A stretch of DNA of 64,000 bases from Candidatus Omnitrophota bacterium (GCA_043826565.1 JBDRPX010000007.1:9412-73411); one strand, 5' to 3'; positions 10,299 to 20,516 are shown, counted from the stretch's first letter. Notes: generated from the sequence alone by a model not told the origin. Translations and numbers: made by a program.

Positions 10299-10314
10299 TA
10301 AAAAGGAGGAAGAT

Positions 10315-10629
10315 GTGCCGAGGCCATGTAGGGCAAGAATAATTTGTTGTAATCCTGGGTCTGATTATTTTAAGCCCAGAGGAATACCTATGTCAAAATT
10401 AGAAGAAGTTATCTTAAATATAGACGAGCTTGAGGCGATAAGGCTTGCGGATTTAGAGAGTTTATATCAGGAAGATGCCGCTAAAAAAATGAATATTTCC
10501 CGGCAGACTTTTGGGAATATTATTAATTCTGCGCATAAAAAAATAGCAGATGCTTTGCTAAATGCAAAAGCATTAAAAATTAAAGGAGGAAAGAAAGATG
10601 AAGATATGTATTCCAACGGAAAACAATGA
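10315..10629 (+). CDS. DUF134 (UPF0251) HTH DNA-binding protein
   Basis: PRP...FKPRGIP...DELEAIRLADLESLYQEDAAKKMNISRQTF; GTG start after AGGAGG. Confidence 0.9.
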   Translation: MPRPCRARIICCNPGSDYFKPRGIPMSKLEEVILNIDELEAIRLADLESLYQEDAAKKMNISRQTFGNIINSAHKKIADALLNAKALKIKGGKKDEDMYSNGKQ

Positions 10630-10963
10630 AGGATTAAAATCTAATGTTTTCGCGCACTTCGGCAGTGCTCCGTATTTTTTTATCTTTGATGAAACAGATG
10701 AAAATTTTGAGATTATCAATAATGCTAATGCCCATCACGCGCATGGAATGTGTCAGCCATTAAGTCAAATAAGCGGTAAAAATATTAATGTGGTTGTTTG
10801 CGGAGGAATTGGTGCTCGTGCTATACAAAAACTTAATAACGAGGGAATTAAAGCCTATCAGGCAAGCTGTGGAACTGTCGCGGAAATAATCAAAGAATTT
10901 AAAGAAAACAAATTAGAAGAGATCACGGTTAATAACGCTTGTGCTGACCATGGATGCCATTAG
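10598..10963 (+). CDS. NifB/NifX-family (FeMo-cofactor-binding-like) protein
   Basis: MKICIP, HFGSAPYF, CGGIGARA; overlaps the DUF134 gene. Confidence 0.88.
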   Translation: MKICIPTENNEGLKSNVFAHFGSAPYFFIFDETDENFEIINNANAHHAHGMCQPLSQISGKNINVVVCGGIGARAIQKLNNEGIKAYQASCGTVAEIIKEFKENKLEEITVNNACADHGCH

Positions 10964-11046
10964 TTGTATATTGTCATAAATTTTTCTATTGTCTTAGCTC
11001 GGTCCTGGTATTAAAATGTACATATATAACTATTACCGGAGGCTGT

Positions 11047-11565
11047 ATGAAAAAACGCACGAATAAAAAATCTACGCTGAGTAAACGCGTAAAGACTAAA
11101 TCTTCTTCAATTGCTAAGGCTGCGGATCAGGATATTATCGGGCTTCTTACCGTATTGGTCCAGAAGCTTACCTCTTTTGAAGCAAAACTGGATATGGTTC
11201 TTAGCCGTATCCCGCCGCAGCCTATTACTGTGCCTAAGCCGCAGCCGGTGATTGTCCCTTCCCCTAAACAGGGCCGGGACAACAGGCCGATGCATAAAGC
11301 AGTCTGTGCGGATTGCCGCAGGGATTGTGAAGTTCCGTTTAAGCCGCGGGAAGACCGTCAGGTATATTGCAAAGAGTGCTTTACAAAACGCAAGAATAAT
11401 AAAAGTATTTTTAAGCCGAGAGAAAGTGACAAACCCAAAGAAACAGTGCCGGTAAATACCGCGCCTGCGGTAAAGCCAAAAGCGGTCAAGCCCGCGAAAG
11501 CTCCTAAGAAATCTCCCCCAAAGAAGAAGCCGGCGGTAAAGAAAAAGAAAACCAGCCGAAAATAA
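11047..11565 (+). CDS. CxxC-x17-CxxC domain protein with coiled-coil N-region and Lys/Pro-rich tail
   Basis: MHKAVCADC-x17-CKEC with EVPFKP; SD GGAGG before ATG 11047. Confidence 0.85.
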   Translation: MKKRTNKKSTLSKRVKTKSSSIAKAADQDIIGLLTVLVQKLTSFEAKLDMVLSRIPPQPITVPKPQPVIVPSPKQGRDNRPMHKAVCADCRRDCEVPFKPREDRQVYCKECFTKRKNNKSIFKPRESDKPKETVPVNTAPAVKPKAVKPAKAPKKSPPKKKPAVKKKKTSRK

Positions 11566-11604
11566 GGGAACTGCGCAATAAAAGTTAGGATGACTTTGGT
11601 CTCC

Positions 11605-12639
11605 CTAAATTATTTTTCCGGTTACGGTTATTTCCTGGCGGTCATGGTAGAGCTGGCGGATTTTAAGTACTGAGCAATAGCCAATTAATCCAGTATCAGG
11701 ATCGTTAATCTTTTTAATGATTGCCAGAGGGTCGCAGCGGCCTATTTTTAGATTTACGATAAATTTTTGACACCAGCCGTGTTTTAGCCATCGGTGGACC
11801 ACTTGCAGAATAATCTCCGGTTGTTCGATAATATCACAAAATAACCAATCAATATTTAACTTATTCCCAGGAGTAAATTTTAAAGCATCTTGTTTTAAAT
11901 GGGTAATATTGGGGTGGTTGGCGATTGCTTTGTTCATCCGGGCATTGTCAATAGCGATTACTTTTGCTTTGCGTTTAAGGGCGCTGTAAGTCCAGCCGCC
12001 CGGAGCCGCACCCAAGTCAACTACTTGCTCGTTTGCTTGAGGCTGGCAATTAAGAAGAATGTAGGCTTCTTCGGCTTTAAGATAAGAACGTGAGGGCGCA
12101 TTTTTATCCATATGCATGCGAAGGCATGGGCCGATAATCGCAGAGCCAGCTATAAAGGCCTGATTAAAATCAGAGAAATAGGTAAAAAATCCTTCGATAG
12201 GCTTTGAAGAAAGAGGAGCTGGTTTTTTTAAAAGTTTCCCTACGCGTGACATTTTTTTACTGATTTTATTGCGCCAGGTAGATTCAACTAATTTGGCTCG
12301 GGGAGATAAGCTTTCTATGTCAGCATGTAAAAATAAAGTTAGCAAGTTATTTTCAATGTGTTTTCCTTTCATTGAGTCTAAAAAAAAATCAGCCAGCTTT
12401 CCGGCAAATTCATTCACTGAAGAAGCATTGATTTTAATGGGGTTTATTAATATGGTTTGAGCAAAACATAACTGTGTTTCCCGCTCCGCAATATTTTGAT
12501 TTAGCAAGGCCTCGCAGGAGGCGGGGGATTGGGCGAGAATCCAGCAATTACCACTTTCTTTGATTGAGTAATTATGTAAGAGAAGTTCTCGAGTGAGAAT
12601 AGTCTCGTAATTTGGTTTGCAGGTTATAAGTAAATCCAT
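11605..12639 (-). CDS. RlmM/FtsJ-like rRNA ribose methyltransferase
   Basis: APSRSYLKAEEA, VDLGAAPGGWT, DWLFCD, NLK, QLYHDRQEIT. Confidence 0.8.
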   Translation of the reverse strand: MDLLITCKPNYETILTRELLLHNYSIKESGNCWILAQSPASCEALLNQNIAERETQLCFAQTILINPIKINASSVNEFAGKLADFFLDSMKGKHIENNLLTLFLHADIESLSPRAKLVESTWRNKISKKMSRVGKLLKKPAPLSSKPIEGFFTYFSDFNQAFIAGSAIIGPCLRMHMDKNAPSRSYLKAEEAYILLNCQPQANEQVVDLGAAPGGWTYSALKRKAKVIAIDNARMNKAIANHPNITHLKQDALKFTPGNKLNIDWLFCDIIEQPEIILQVVHRWLKHGWCQKFIVNLKIGRCDPLAIIKKINDPDTGLIGYCSVLKIRQLYHDRQEITVTGKII

Positions 12640-12820
12640 CCTATTTTCTCCGGGTTAATAAGTGATATATTATCACAAACCTCCTTTTTTTAATAGGGCC
12701 AGACGGAACTTCCTTTTTTGTTCCTGCGGAAAAGGAAGGACTTTATTTTTGTTTATGCCTGATATATAATATGATATCTTTAAATAATAATCAGATTGTT
12801 TAAACGAAAAAAGGAGAATA

Positions 12821-13105
12821 GTGATGATCAAGGTTAATGAATATTTTGAAGGAAAAGTAAAATCATTTGTGCTTAACTGCGAAGAAGGGAAAAAGACAGT
12901 TGGCGTTATGGAAGCGGGAGAGTATGAATTTGATACAGACACCAAAGAGATTATGACGATTGTCGAAGGAAAGATCTCCGTATATTTTCCCGAGTATGAC
13001 GAATGGGAAGAGTTTGATAAAGGCTGTTCATTTGACGTTGCCGCGAAATCAAAATTAAAGGTAAAAGTCGAACAGGATACAGCGTATATTTGTGAATATG
13101 AATAA
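12821..13105 (+). CDS. ppnP: Pyrimidine/purine nucleoside phosphorylase (DUF1255)
   Basis: VNEYFEGKVKS, TVGVMEAGEYEFDT, AYICEY. Confidence 0.9.
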   Translation: MMIKVNEYFEGKVKSFVLNCEEGKKTVGVMEAGEYEFDTDTKEIMTIVEGKISVYFPEYDEWEEFDKGCSFDVAAKSKLKVKVEQDTAYICEYE

Positions 13106-13185
13106 TCTCCAGGCTTAACCAAGATCTGACTTCACTATCCCGCCTTATATAATGTTGAATAATTGTCGCAATCATAGGATATGAG

Positions 13186-13214
13186 TTGACATATATAATT
13201 ATATGTCTTAAGAT
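13186..13214 (+). promoter_or_regulatory. sigma70 promoter with dyad GACATATA-TAAT-TATATGTC spanning the spacer
   Basis: TTGACA 13186-91, 17-bp spacer, TAAGAT 13209-14; 8-bp perfect arms at 13188-95 and 13200-07. Confidence 0.65.
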
Positions 13215-13261
13215 GTCATAGTGATTGGTTAATCAAAAATATAACAAAGAAAATAAAAAGA

Positions 13262-13951
13262 GTGGAGACCCAAATGCAATTGAGCGTAAAAGAGTTATCC
13301 AAACTATTAAATGTTACGGAGAGGACTGTCTATCGATGGATTAAGCAACAAAGCATTCCTTATTATAGGATACATGATCAATATCGGTTCAATAGAATAG
13401 AGATATTGGATTGGGCGACGGCACATAAATTGAATGTTTCTCAGGGGTTGCTGCATGATTCTGGTGATAATAATGTCGAAGAGCTTTCCTTGTCGGAGAC
13501 GATCAAAAGAGGCGGGATCTATTATCGTGTCGAAGGAAAAGATAAGAAGATACTGCTAAGTGCGGTTATTAACCTTTTAAATTTGCCGGATGATGTCAAA
13601 AAACAAGATCTCTTAGATGCGATGCTTATAAGGGAGGAATTAGGTTCAACCGGATTTGGCGATGGCATTGCCATCCCTCATGCGCGCTATCCCGTTGTTA
13701 CCCATATCCCTCACGTGCTTGCTTCAATCTGCTTTTTGGAAAAACCAGTTGATTATGGCGCGATAGACGGGAAACCAGTTCATTGTCTATTTACGTTAAT
13801 AAGTCCGACGGTTAGAAGTCATCTAAAAATGATTTCACGGATCGCTCATGCTTTAAGAAATCCGCGCGTAAAAGAGGCTCTTGAGAATCAAGCTTCCCGA
13901 GAGATCATTTTAAGAGAAATTGAAAAAAACGAACAACCCTTAGGCAAATAA
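13262..13951 (+). CDS. Excisionase-like HTH fused to PTS EIIA (Ntr/fructose-type) domain; regulator
   Basis: LSVKELSKLLNVTERTVYRWI; REELGSTGFGDGIAIPHAR with the phospho-His. Confidence 0.88.
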   Translation: METQMQLSVKELSKLLNVTERTVYRWIKQQSIPYYRIHDQYRFNRIEILDWATAHKLNVSQGLLHDSGDNNVEELSLSETIKRGGIYYRVEGKDKKILLSAVINLLNLPDDVKKQDLLDAMLIREELGSTGFGDGIAIPHARYPVVTHIPHVLASICFLEKPVDYGAIDGKPVHCLFTLISPTVRSHLKMISRIAHALRNPRVKEALENQASREIILREIEKNEQPLGK

Positions 13952-13978
13952 GTTAAAAATTAAGGAAACAAGAATTAC

Positions 13979-15955
13979 ATGAACGTTATTTTTTATTCAT
14001 TAGCTATATTAGTCCTCACCGGATCGTTCGCGTTATGCTTAAATCGTTTTGATAAGCTGTCTAATTTTATTGGGGCTGTGGGGACTAGTATCGCATGCGT
14101 TGTAGGTTTAATCTCTCTTTTTGTTGTTCATCATAATCCCGATTCCGCAGTGGTAAGTTTTTTCTGGAAAATTCCTTATGGCTCATTTTCGGCCGCGATT
14201 GATTCTTTGGGAATATTGTTTTTATTTCCTATTTTTATTTTATCAGGCCTAGCTGCTTTATACGGGTTAGAGTATTTACAACATTATTATGGAAAGAAAA
14301 ATATCGGCAGTGCGTGGTTTTTCTTTAATCTTCTTGTTGCCAGCATGGTTTTAGTTGTGATCGCGCGCAATGCTATTCTTTTTTTGGTAGCATGGGAGAT
14401 GATGTCGGTCAGTTCTTTTTTCCTGGTATTGTTTGAAGGTGAAAAAAAAGAAACCGCTCGGGCCGGGCTGATTTATTTGATCGCAACGCATATTGGAACA
14501 TTATTTTTACTGGTCATGTTTGTATTATTAAGCCGGAACAGCGGCTCATTTGATTTCGATGGATGGAAAATAACAGCATCCGGGTTTATGCCTTCTATAA
14601 TTTTTCTGTGCGCGTTGATCGGATTTGGGACAAAAGCAGGATTTATGCCATTGCATATTTGGCTGCCGGAAGCACATCCCGCGGCGCCAAGCCATGTTTC
14701 AGCGGTTATGTCCGGGGTAATGATCAAGACAGGTATTTATGGCTTGGTCAGAATTATAACTTTTTTAGGAGTGCCGTGTGCTTGGTGGGGGTATTTGCTT
14801 ATTGGCATTGGAATGGTATCAGGGCTTTTAGGAGTTTTGTTCGCTCTAGCTCAACATGATTTCAAAAGACTTTTGGCTTATTCTAGTATAGAAAATATCG
14901 GCATCATCGCTATGGGAATAGGCCTGGGCGTGTTGGGGATGAGTTTGAATAACCCTATTTTAATAGTTATGGGCTTTGCCGGCGGGTTATTGCATGTTGT
15001 TAACCACGCGTTTTTTAAGGGGCTTCTTTTCTTGGGGGCAGGTGCTCTTTACCAGCAAACCGGTACGCGGGAAATAGATGTACTGGGAGGATTACTTAAA
15101 AAGATGCCGATAACCGGGTTTTGTTTTCTTATTGGCGCGGCTGCAATTTGCGGACTGCCGCCATTAAATGGATTTATCAGTGAGTTTCTGCTTTATTTTG
15201 CTTCCTTTAAGGGGATATTAGGCTCAACATCAACAGTTGTTGTTTCTCTGGGTATAATGGCATTTTTAGCTTTGATTGGCGGGTTGTCCGTAGCTTGTTT
15301 TACCAAAGCATTCGGGATTATTTTTTTAGGCGAACCAAGAAGTGATTATTGTCAAAAAGCACGGGAACCGGGAATTCTTATGAGGAGTTCCATGCTAGTT
15401 CTTGCCGCTTGCTGTGTTTTTGTAGGATTGGGCTCGCCTTTTGTTATGGGCTTTTTTGGAAGAGTCATCGTTGATGTGACTGGGGCCCCATTTAGTATGT
15501 TCAAGACGACGCTATTTGAAGTTAAACATACGTTAATATATATTGTTATCGCGTTATTGTTTTTTTACATTGTTATTTTGTTGATAATCGCGTTACGCCG
15601 CGCGCTTCTTAACGGAAGGAGCATAGAGCGTGTTCTCACATGGGATTGTGGGTATGCCAAGCCTGACCCCCGCATGCAGTATACCGCGTCGTCGTTTGCC
15701 CAGCCGCTTGTAGATTTTTTTAAAGGCATTTTGAGAACCAAGAAATATACGACTAAAATAACGGAATATTTTCCTGACAGTTCGTCTTTTGAAACAGAAA
15801 CCCCTGATTTGTTTAGTGAAACTGTTTTTCATCCCATCCTTAAATTAATTCATCATTTAGCCGAGAAATTAACCTGGCTTCAGCATGGAAAATTACAGTT
15901 TTATATTTTATATATTTTGTTCACCCTTATAGCACTTTTTATTTGGAAATTATAA
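13979..15955 (+). CDS. hyfB: Ehr/hydrogenase-4 component B-like proton-translocating subunit
   Basis: NuoL/M-like: WEMMS, KAGFMPLHIWLPEAHPAAPS, LLAYSSIENIG, TWDCGY. Confidence 0.88.
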   Translation: MNVIFYSLAILVLTGSFALCLNRFDKLSNFIGAVGTSIACVVGLISLFVVHHNPDSAVVSFFWKIPYGSFSAAIDSLGILFLFPIFILSGLAALYGLEYLQHYYGKKNIGSAWFFFNLLVASMVLVVIARNAILFLVAWEMMSVSSFFLVLFEGEKKETARAGLIYLIATHIGTLFLLVMFVLLSRNSGSFDFDGWKITASGFMPSIIFLCALIGFGTKAGFMPLHIWLPEAHPAAPSHVSAVMSGVMIKTGIYGLVRIITFLGVPCAWWGYLLIGIGMVSGLLGVLFALAQHDFKRLLAYSSIENIGIIAMGIGLGVLGMSLNNPILIVMGFAGGLLHVVNHAFFKGLLFLGAGALYQQTGTREIDVLGGLLKKMPITGFCFLIGAAAICGLPPLNGFISEFLLYFASFKGILGSTSTVVVSLGIMAFLALIGGLSVACFTKAFGIIFLGEPRSDYCQKAREPGILMRSSMLVLAACCVFVGLGSPFVMGFFGRVIVDVTGAPFSMFKTTLFEVKHTLIYIVIALLFFYIVILLIIALRRALLNGRSIERVLTWDCGYAKPDPRMQYTASSFAQPLVDFFKGILRTKKYTTKITEYFPDSSSFETETPDLFSETVFHPILKLIHHLAEKLTWLQHGKLQFYILYILFTLIALFIWKL

Positions 15956-15957
15956 AA

Positions 15958-16866
15958 ATGTATACAAAAATAGCACAGTTTATTTTAGTCTTACTATTAT
16001 CACCATTTCTCTTCGGCGTGATTAACCGGACAAAGGCTTTTTTCGCCGGGCGCAAGGGAAGTCCTCTATTGCAATTATATTATGATATTTTTAAGTTGCT
16101 TCAAAAAGGAGCGGTGTATAGCAGGACAACGACATGGATATTTATTGCGGGGCCGATCATTAGTTTAAGCGCGATCATCATTGCTTCTATGTTGATCCCG
16201 TTCCCCGGGCAGTTTTCGTTAATATCGTTTAACGGTGACCTCATCCTGTTTATTTATTTGCTGGGAGTCGCGCGTTTTTTTACTGTTCTTGCGGCCCTTG
16301 ATACAGGTTCGAGTTTTGAAGGGATGGGGGCAAGCCGTGAGGTTCAGTTTGCCATGTTTGCTGAGCCGGCATTATTTTTAAGTTTAGCAGCTTTAGCCCG
16401 GGTTACAGGAGAAATTTCTCTTTCAGGAATATTTCAAAATCCCCTTATGCATTCCTGGATGACACATGGCCCATTGATTTTTTTAGTTTTAGGGGCGATC
16501 TTTATTGTTTTTATGGCTGAGAATTCCCGCATTCCTGTGGATGATCCTAATACTCATTTGGAATTAACGATGATTCATGAAGCCATGGTTTTGGATCATG
16601 GAGGGGTTGACTTGGCGTATATCCTTTATGGAGCCGCGATTAAATTTTGGCTTTTGGGAACATTATTGATGGGGGCATTTTTCAGCGTATATTCTCATGG
16701 GTGGGCGATTGATAGCGGTATTTTTATTTTAGGAATGATTTTTCTTTCCGTTATTGTCGGAGCCGCCGAATCGATTCTTGCGCGATTGCGTTTGTTAAAA
16801 GTTCCGCATTTTTTAATCATCGCGTTAGCGCTCGCGATTGTGGCATTAATATTAACAATGAGGTAA
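15958..16866 (+). CDS. hyfC: Ehr/hydrogenase-4 component C (NuoH-like)
   Basis: GRKGSPLLQLYYD, FEGMGASRE, ENSRIPVDDPNTHLELTMIHEAM. Confidence 0.88.
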   Translation: MYTKIAQFILVLLLSPFLFGVINRTKAFFAGRKGSPLLQLYYDIFKLLQKGAVYSRTTTWIFIAGPIISLSAIIIASMLIPFPGQFSLISFNGDLILFIYLLGVARFFTVLAALDTGSSFEGMGASREVQFAMFAEPALFLSLAALARVTGEISLSGIFQNPLMHSWMTHGPLIFLVLGAIFIVFMAENSRIPVDDPNTHLELTMIHEAMVLDHGGVDLAYILYGAAIKFWLLGTLLMGAFFSVYSHGWAIDSGIFILGMIFLSVIVGAAESILARLRLLKVPHFLIIALALAIVALILTMR

Positions 16867-16869
16867 TTA

Positions 16870-17553
16870 ATGAATACTTCGACTATGCTCAGTACAAGTA
16901 TGTGGGTTGACTTTATTGCTGTTGCTGTTCTGCTTATGAATTTGATGATGCTCTCATCCAGCCGCATAAGAACATGTATCAGAATAGTTGCCGCTCAAGG
17001 GATTCTGATAGGATTGATGCCGATCATAAATGAGTATCCTGTAATTGCTCTGGGAACTATTGCATCTTCATCTCTGAGCATTGTTTTAAAAGGCGTGGTA
17101 TTTCCCTGGCTATTATTTCGAGCCTTACAGGAAGCTAATATAAGAAAAGAAGTTGAGCCGGTTGGCGGATATCCGCTTTCGTTATTGATGGGTGTGGTTA
17201 TATTTGCCATGTCTTTTTGGTTAAGCGCGCGGTTATTGTATACGAACACGCCTGTTTCACCGCTGGTCGCGCCGGTTTCTTTCGCGACATTTTTTACCGG
17301 AGTATTTGTCATTGTCAGTCGAATGAAAGCAATAACCCAAGTCATTGGATATTTGATATTAGAAAATGGTATTTATTTTTTCGGTTCTGCTTTTTTAGGG
17401 GAGCAAACTGTATTGGTTGAGTTAGCGATCTTGTTGGATATTTTTGCGGCCGTGTTTGTTATGGGGATAGCCATATTCCATATAAGCCGGGAGTTTGATC
17501 ATATTGATACTGAAAAATTATCAGAGCTTAAAGATTTAATAACGGAAAAATAG
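16870..17553 (+). CDS. hyfE: Ehr/hydrogenase-4 component E
   Basis: Multi-TM, QVIGYLILENGI, VELAILLD. Confidence 0.85.
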   Translation: MNTSTMLSTSMWVDFIAVAVLLMNLMMLSSSRIRTCIRIVAAQGILIGLMPIINEYPVIALGTIASSSLSIVLKGVVFPWLLFRALQEANIRKEVEPVGGYPLSLLMGVVIFAMSFWLSARLLYTNTPVSPLVAPVSFATFFTGVFVIVSRMKAITQVIGYLILENGIYFFGSAFLGEQTVLVELAILLDIFAAVFVMGIAIFHISREFDHIDTEKLSELKDLITEK

Positions 17554-17563
17554 GAATTATACA

Positions 17564-19036
17564 ATGGTCAGTATATTATTAATTATAATCCCGTTTTTAT
17601 TAGGGCTGGTTTGTTTTTTCACCCGGAATGATTTTTTTCGTCGGGGACTAATTGTTTTCGGCGCGGGAATCCATTTTAGTCTGACTTGTTTGGCGTGGGT
17701 TAAACAAACGAGCGCATTTTCGGGTGAGTGGTTTGCTTTTGATAATATTAGCATTTTGTTTTTAACGATAACCAGCGTTTTATTCTTAGGGGGGGCAGTT
17801 TATTGTGTCCAGTATTTATCGGATGAAAGTCGTCAACATGAAAATGTGAAGAATAAACGCAAGCGTTTCACTAATGAGGCTGTTTTCAGCGGCTGCTTCT
17901 TATTATTTCTATCAACGATGACCCTGGTTATCGCGAGTCAGCACTTAGCTGTGCTATGGGTTGGCATTGAAGCAACAACGTTGGCAAGCGCGCCTTTAAT
18001 ATATTTTCATCGTACGAAACGGTCATTAGAAGCAACATGGAAATATCTTTTGATTTGCTCTGTGGGTATTGCTATTGCTTTGCTGGGAATCTTTTTCCTG
18101 GCTGTTGCGAATAATAATCAGCAAGAACTATTTTTAATTAAAATGATCGGAAATGCAGGACAGATAAATACCCCGTGGCTAAAGGCTTCCTTTTTGCTTT
18201 TGTTTGTTGGATATGGGACTAAAATGGGCCTTGCGCCTTTTCATACATGGCTGCCTGATGCTCATAGCGAGGCACCGTCTGTTGTTTCCGCGCTTTTATC
18301 AGGGGCATTGCTTAATTGCGCTTTTTTGGGGATTTTACGGGTCTATCAAATTTGTATTGCCGCAGGCTTGCAGGCATATTGCCAGGAGATATTTATTGTC
18401 TTTGGCCTTTTATCTGTTTTATTTGCCGCGGTTTTTATTTTGGGGCAAACGGATTATAAAAGGATGCTGGCATATTCAAGCGTTGAACACATGGGAATAA
18501 TAACATTGGGCCTGGGGTTAGGCGGTGGTGCAGTATTGGGATCAATGATTAATATGCTCGGACATTCTTTAACCAAGGCAGGATTGTTTTTCATTGCGGG
18601 TAATATCCTGTCTTATTTCAGAACAAAGAAAATATCAGATATCCATGGGCTTATCGCTGAAAAAATGCGCAGGTCTGGAGTTTTTTGGTTAGTTGGTTTT
18701 TTGTTGATAACAGGAACTCCGCCATCAGGTATCTTTTTGGGGAAATTTATCATTTTAAAAGAAGCTTTGCTGCAAGGGCATTATTGGATCACATTTATTT
18801 TTTTAGCTGCTTTAGCAATTGTTTTTATCGGCATGGCACGAATATTTATTTTGATGACGCAGGGAAAAGTTTCAACGGAAGACGACAGTAAGCATGATCT
18901 ATATAACGGTGATTCTGTCTGGCGTACATTAGTTCCAGGATTGTTTTTCGTCCTGGTGATATGTATCGGAATATATTTGCCTGCTTGGTTGAGTCGTGCC
19001 TTAGAGGCAGCCGCTAAAGGATTGGGGGGATTATGA
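17564..19036 (+). CDS. hyfF: Ehr/hydrogenase-4 component F proton-translocating subunit
   Basis: WVGIEATTLAS, SLEATWKY, GYGTKMGLAPFHTWLPDAHSEAP, KRMLAYSSVEHMG. Confidence 0.88.
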   Translation: MVSILLIIIPFLLGLVCFFTRNDFFRRGLIVFGAGIHFSLTCLAWVKQTSAFSGEWFAFDNISILFLTITSVLFLGGAVYCVQYLSDESRQHENVKNKRKRFTNEAVFSGCFLLFLSTMTLVIASQHLAVLWVGIEATTLASAPLIYFHRTKRSLEATWKYLLICSVGIAIALLGIFFLAVANNNQQELFLIKMIGNAGQINTPWLKASFLLLFVGYGTKMGLAPFHTWLPDAHSEAPSVVSALLSGALLNCAFLGILRVYQICIAAGLQAYCQEIFIVFGLLSVLFAAVFILGQTDYKRMLAYSSVEHMGIITLGLGLGGGAVLGSMINMLGHSLTKAGLFFIAGNILSYFRTKKISDIHGLIAEKMRRSGVFWLVGFLLITGTPPSGIFLGKFIILKEALLQGHYWITFIFLAALAIVFIGMARIFILMTQGKVSTEDDSKHDLYNGDSVWRTLVPGLFFVLVICIGIYLPAWLSRALEAAAKGLGGL

Positions 19037-20499
19037 TGTCTGAGCTTCCTTTAAAAACACATAATTCTCAGGCTAACGAATCACAGAATATTACTCAACT
19101 GCCGTTTGAGGAGTTTCGCGATCTTGTGGTTAAAGAAATACAAACTGGTGCTCGGGTTGTGTGTTTCTGGGGACATCCAAATTCAAATAAAACAGTTACT
19201 CTCATTATGGTTCTTGCGTATGATCAAGAAGGATATTTAACCACTTTTTCTACTGTAGTTGAGAATTCTTATCCTTCATTGACAGTACAAATACCACAAG
19301 TCCATTTGTTCGAGCGGGAAATTTTTGAGCAGTGGGGGGTGCGTCCCGAGGGGCATCCCTGGCTTAAGCCAATTCGAATCGTTCCGGCGGTTACGAACTT
19401 TTTAAAACTTCATGGAGGAGAAATACACGAAGTCGCTGTTGGGCCAGTGCATGCGGGGATAATTGAACCGGGCCATTTTCGGTTTCAATGTCATGGCGAA
19501 CAAGTTTTTCATCTGGAAATTTCTTTAGGCTATCAGCATCGTGGTATTGAGAAAGCATTAATTGGAGGCCCGGATAAGCGTACAAGCCATTATATGGAAA
19601 CTTTAGCAGGGGATACGACTATTGGGCATTCATTAGCGTATTCCCAGGCAATAGAGGGGTTATCTAATTGTAATGTTTCTTTAAGAGTATCGGCACTCCG
19701 GGCGATTATGCTTGAATTAGAACGATTAGCTAACCATACCGGCGATTTAGGCGCGTTGGCTGGTGATATCGGTTATTTGCCAACATCATCATATTGCGGA
19801 CGATTGAGGGGGGATTTCTTGAATATGAGCGCGCTTATTTGCGGGAATCGTTTTGGGCGTAACATGATTCGCCCCGGAGGTGTGATGTTTGATGTAAATG
19901 CCGGCATGATTAAAGAATTAAAGACTCGCTTAACGAATGTGTTTTCGGATGTTAAAAATGCTGTTTCACTCCTTTGGAGTTCTCCTTTAGTTGTTGATAG
20001 ATTTGATGAAATAGGTATTATAACAAAGCAGACAGCATTGGAACTGGGATTGGTGGGAGTTGCCGCGCGGGCGAGCGGTATTGAGCGGGATGTTCGTTTT
20101 GATTTTCCTACAGGTGCCTTTAGATTTTCCCAGATTCCTTTGTCAACATATTCATCAGGTGATGTTTTTGCGCGGGCTTTTGTAAGGTGGCTTGAAATAC
20201 AGCGGTCAGTGACATTTGTCCTAGATCAGCTAAATAGTTTACCTGCAGGTGAAATTAGCATTCCCGTACCGCCAATTAAACGGGATAACATGCTTATTTC
20301 ATTAGTAGAGGGGTGGCGTGGAGAGATCTGTCATATCGTTTTGACTGATAAGAATGGAAATATAAATCAATATAAAATTGTTGATCCATCGTTTCATAAT
20401 TGGATGGGATTAGCTGTTGCGCTTAGAGGAGAAGAAATTTCTGATTTTCCGATATGCAATAAAAGTTTTAATTTATCATACTGCGGTCATGACCTTTAA
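19033..20499 (+). CDS. Ehr large subunit (NuoC/D-like, HyfG-like) lacking NiFe-binding motifs
   Basis: VGPVHAGIIEPGHFRF, YQHRG; L1 site reads ETLAGDTTIGH; C-terminus DFPICNKSFNLSYCGHDL. Confidence 0.88.
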   Translation: MMSELPLKTHNSQANESQNITQLPFEEFRDLVVKEIQTGARVVCFWGHPNSNKTVTLIMVLAYDQEGYLTTFSTVVENSYPSLTVQIPQVHLFEREIFEQWGVRPEGHPWLKPIRIVPAVTNFLKLHGGEIHEVAVGPVHAGIIEPGHFRFQCHGEQVFHLEISLGYQHRGIEKALIGGPDKRTSHYMETLAGDTTIGHSLAYSQAIEGLSNCNVSLRVSALRAIMLELERLANHTGDLGALAGDIGYLPTSSYCGRLRGDFLNMSALICGNRFGRNMIRPGGVMFDVNAGMIKELKTRLTNVFSDVKNAVSLLWSSPLVVDRFDEIGIITKQTALELGLVGVAARASGIERDVRFDFPTGAFRFSQIPLSTYSSGDVFARAFVRWLEIQRSVTFVLDQLNSLPAGEISIPVPPIKRDNMLISLVEGWRGEICHIVLTDKNGNINQYKIVDPSFHNWMGLAVALRGEEISDFPICNKSFNLSYCGHDL

Positions 20500-20516
20500 A
20501 AGGAATTAGGATAATA

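Noticed and set aside
10204-10314. Upstream start extensions in the ORF track (also 10954, 33857, 36091, 58424, 60250, 63143, 63650)
   Set aside because: SD position and/or family N-termini support downstream starts; several extensions run through promoter DNA.
10598-10963. Nitrogen fixation gene
   Set aside because: The NifB/NifX-like domain is widespread in non-diazotrophs; there is no nifHDK in the window.
13262-13460. Prophage excisionase
   Set aside because: The HTH is fused to a PTS EIIA domain, with no integrase or phage genes nearby.
19033-20499. NiFe hydrogenase-4 / formate hydrogenlyase call
   Set aside because: Both Ni-binding CxxC motifs are absent and no maturation genes are adjacent; called Ehr instead.
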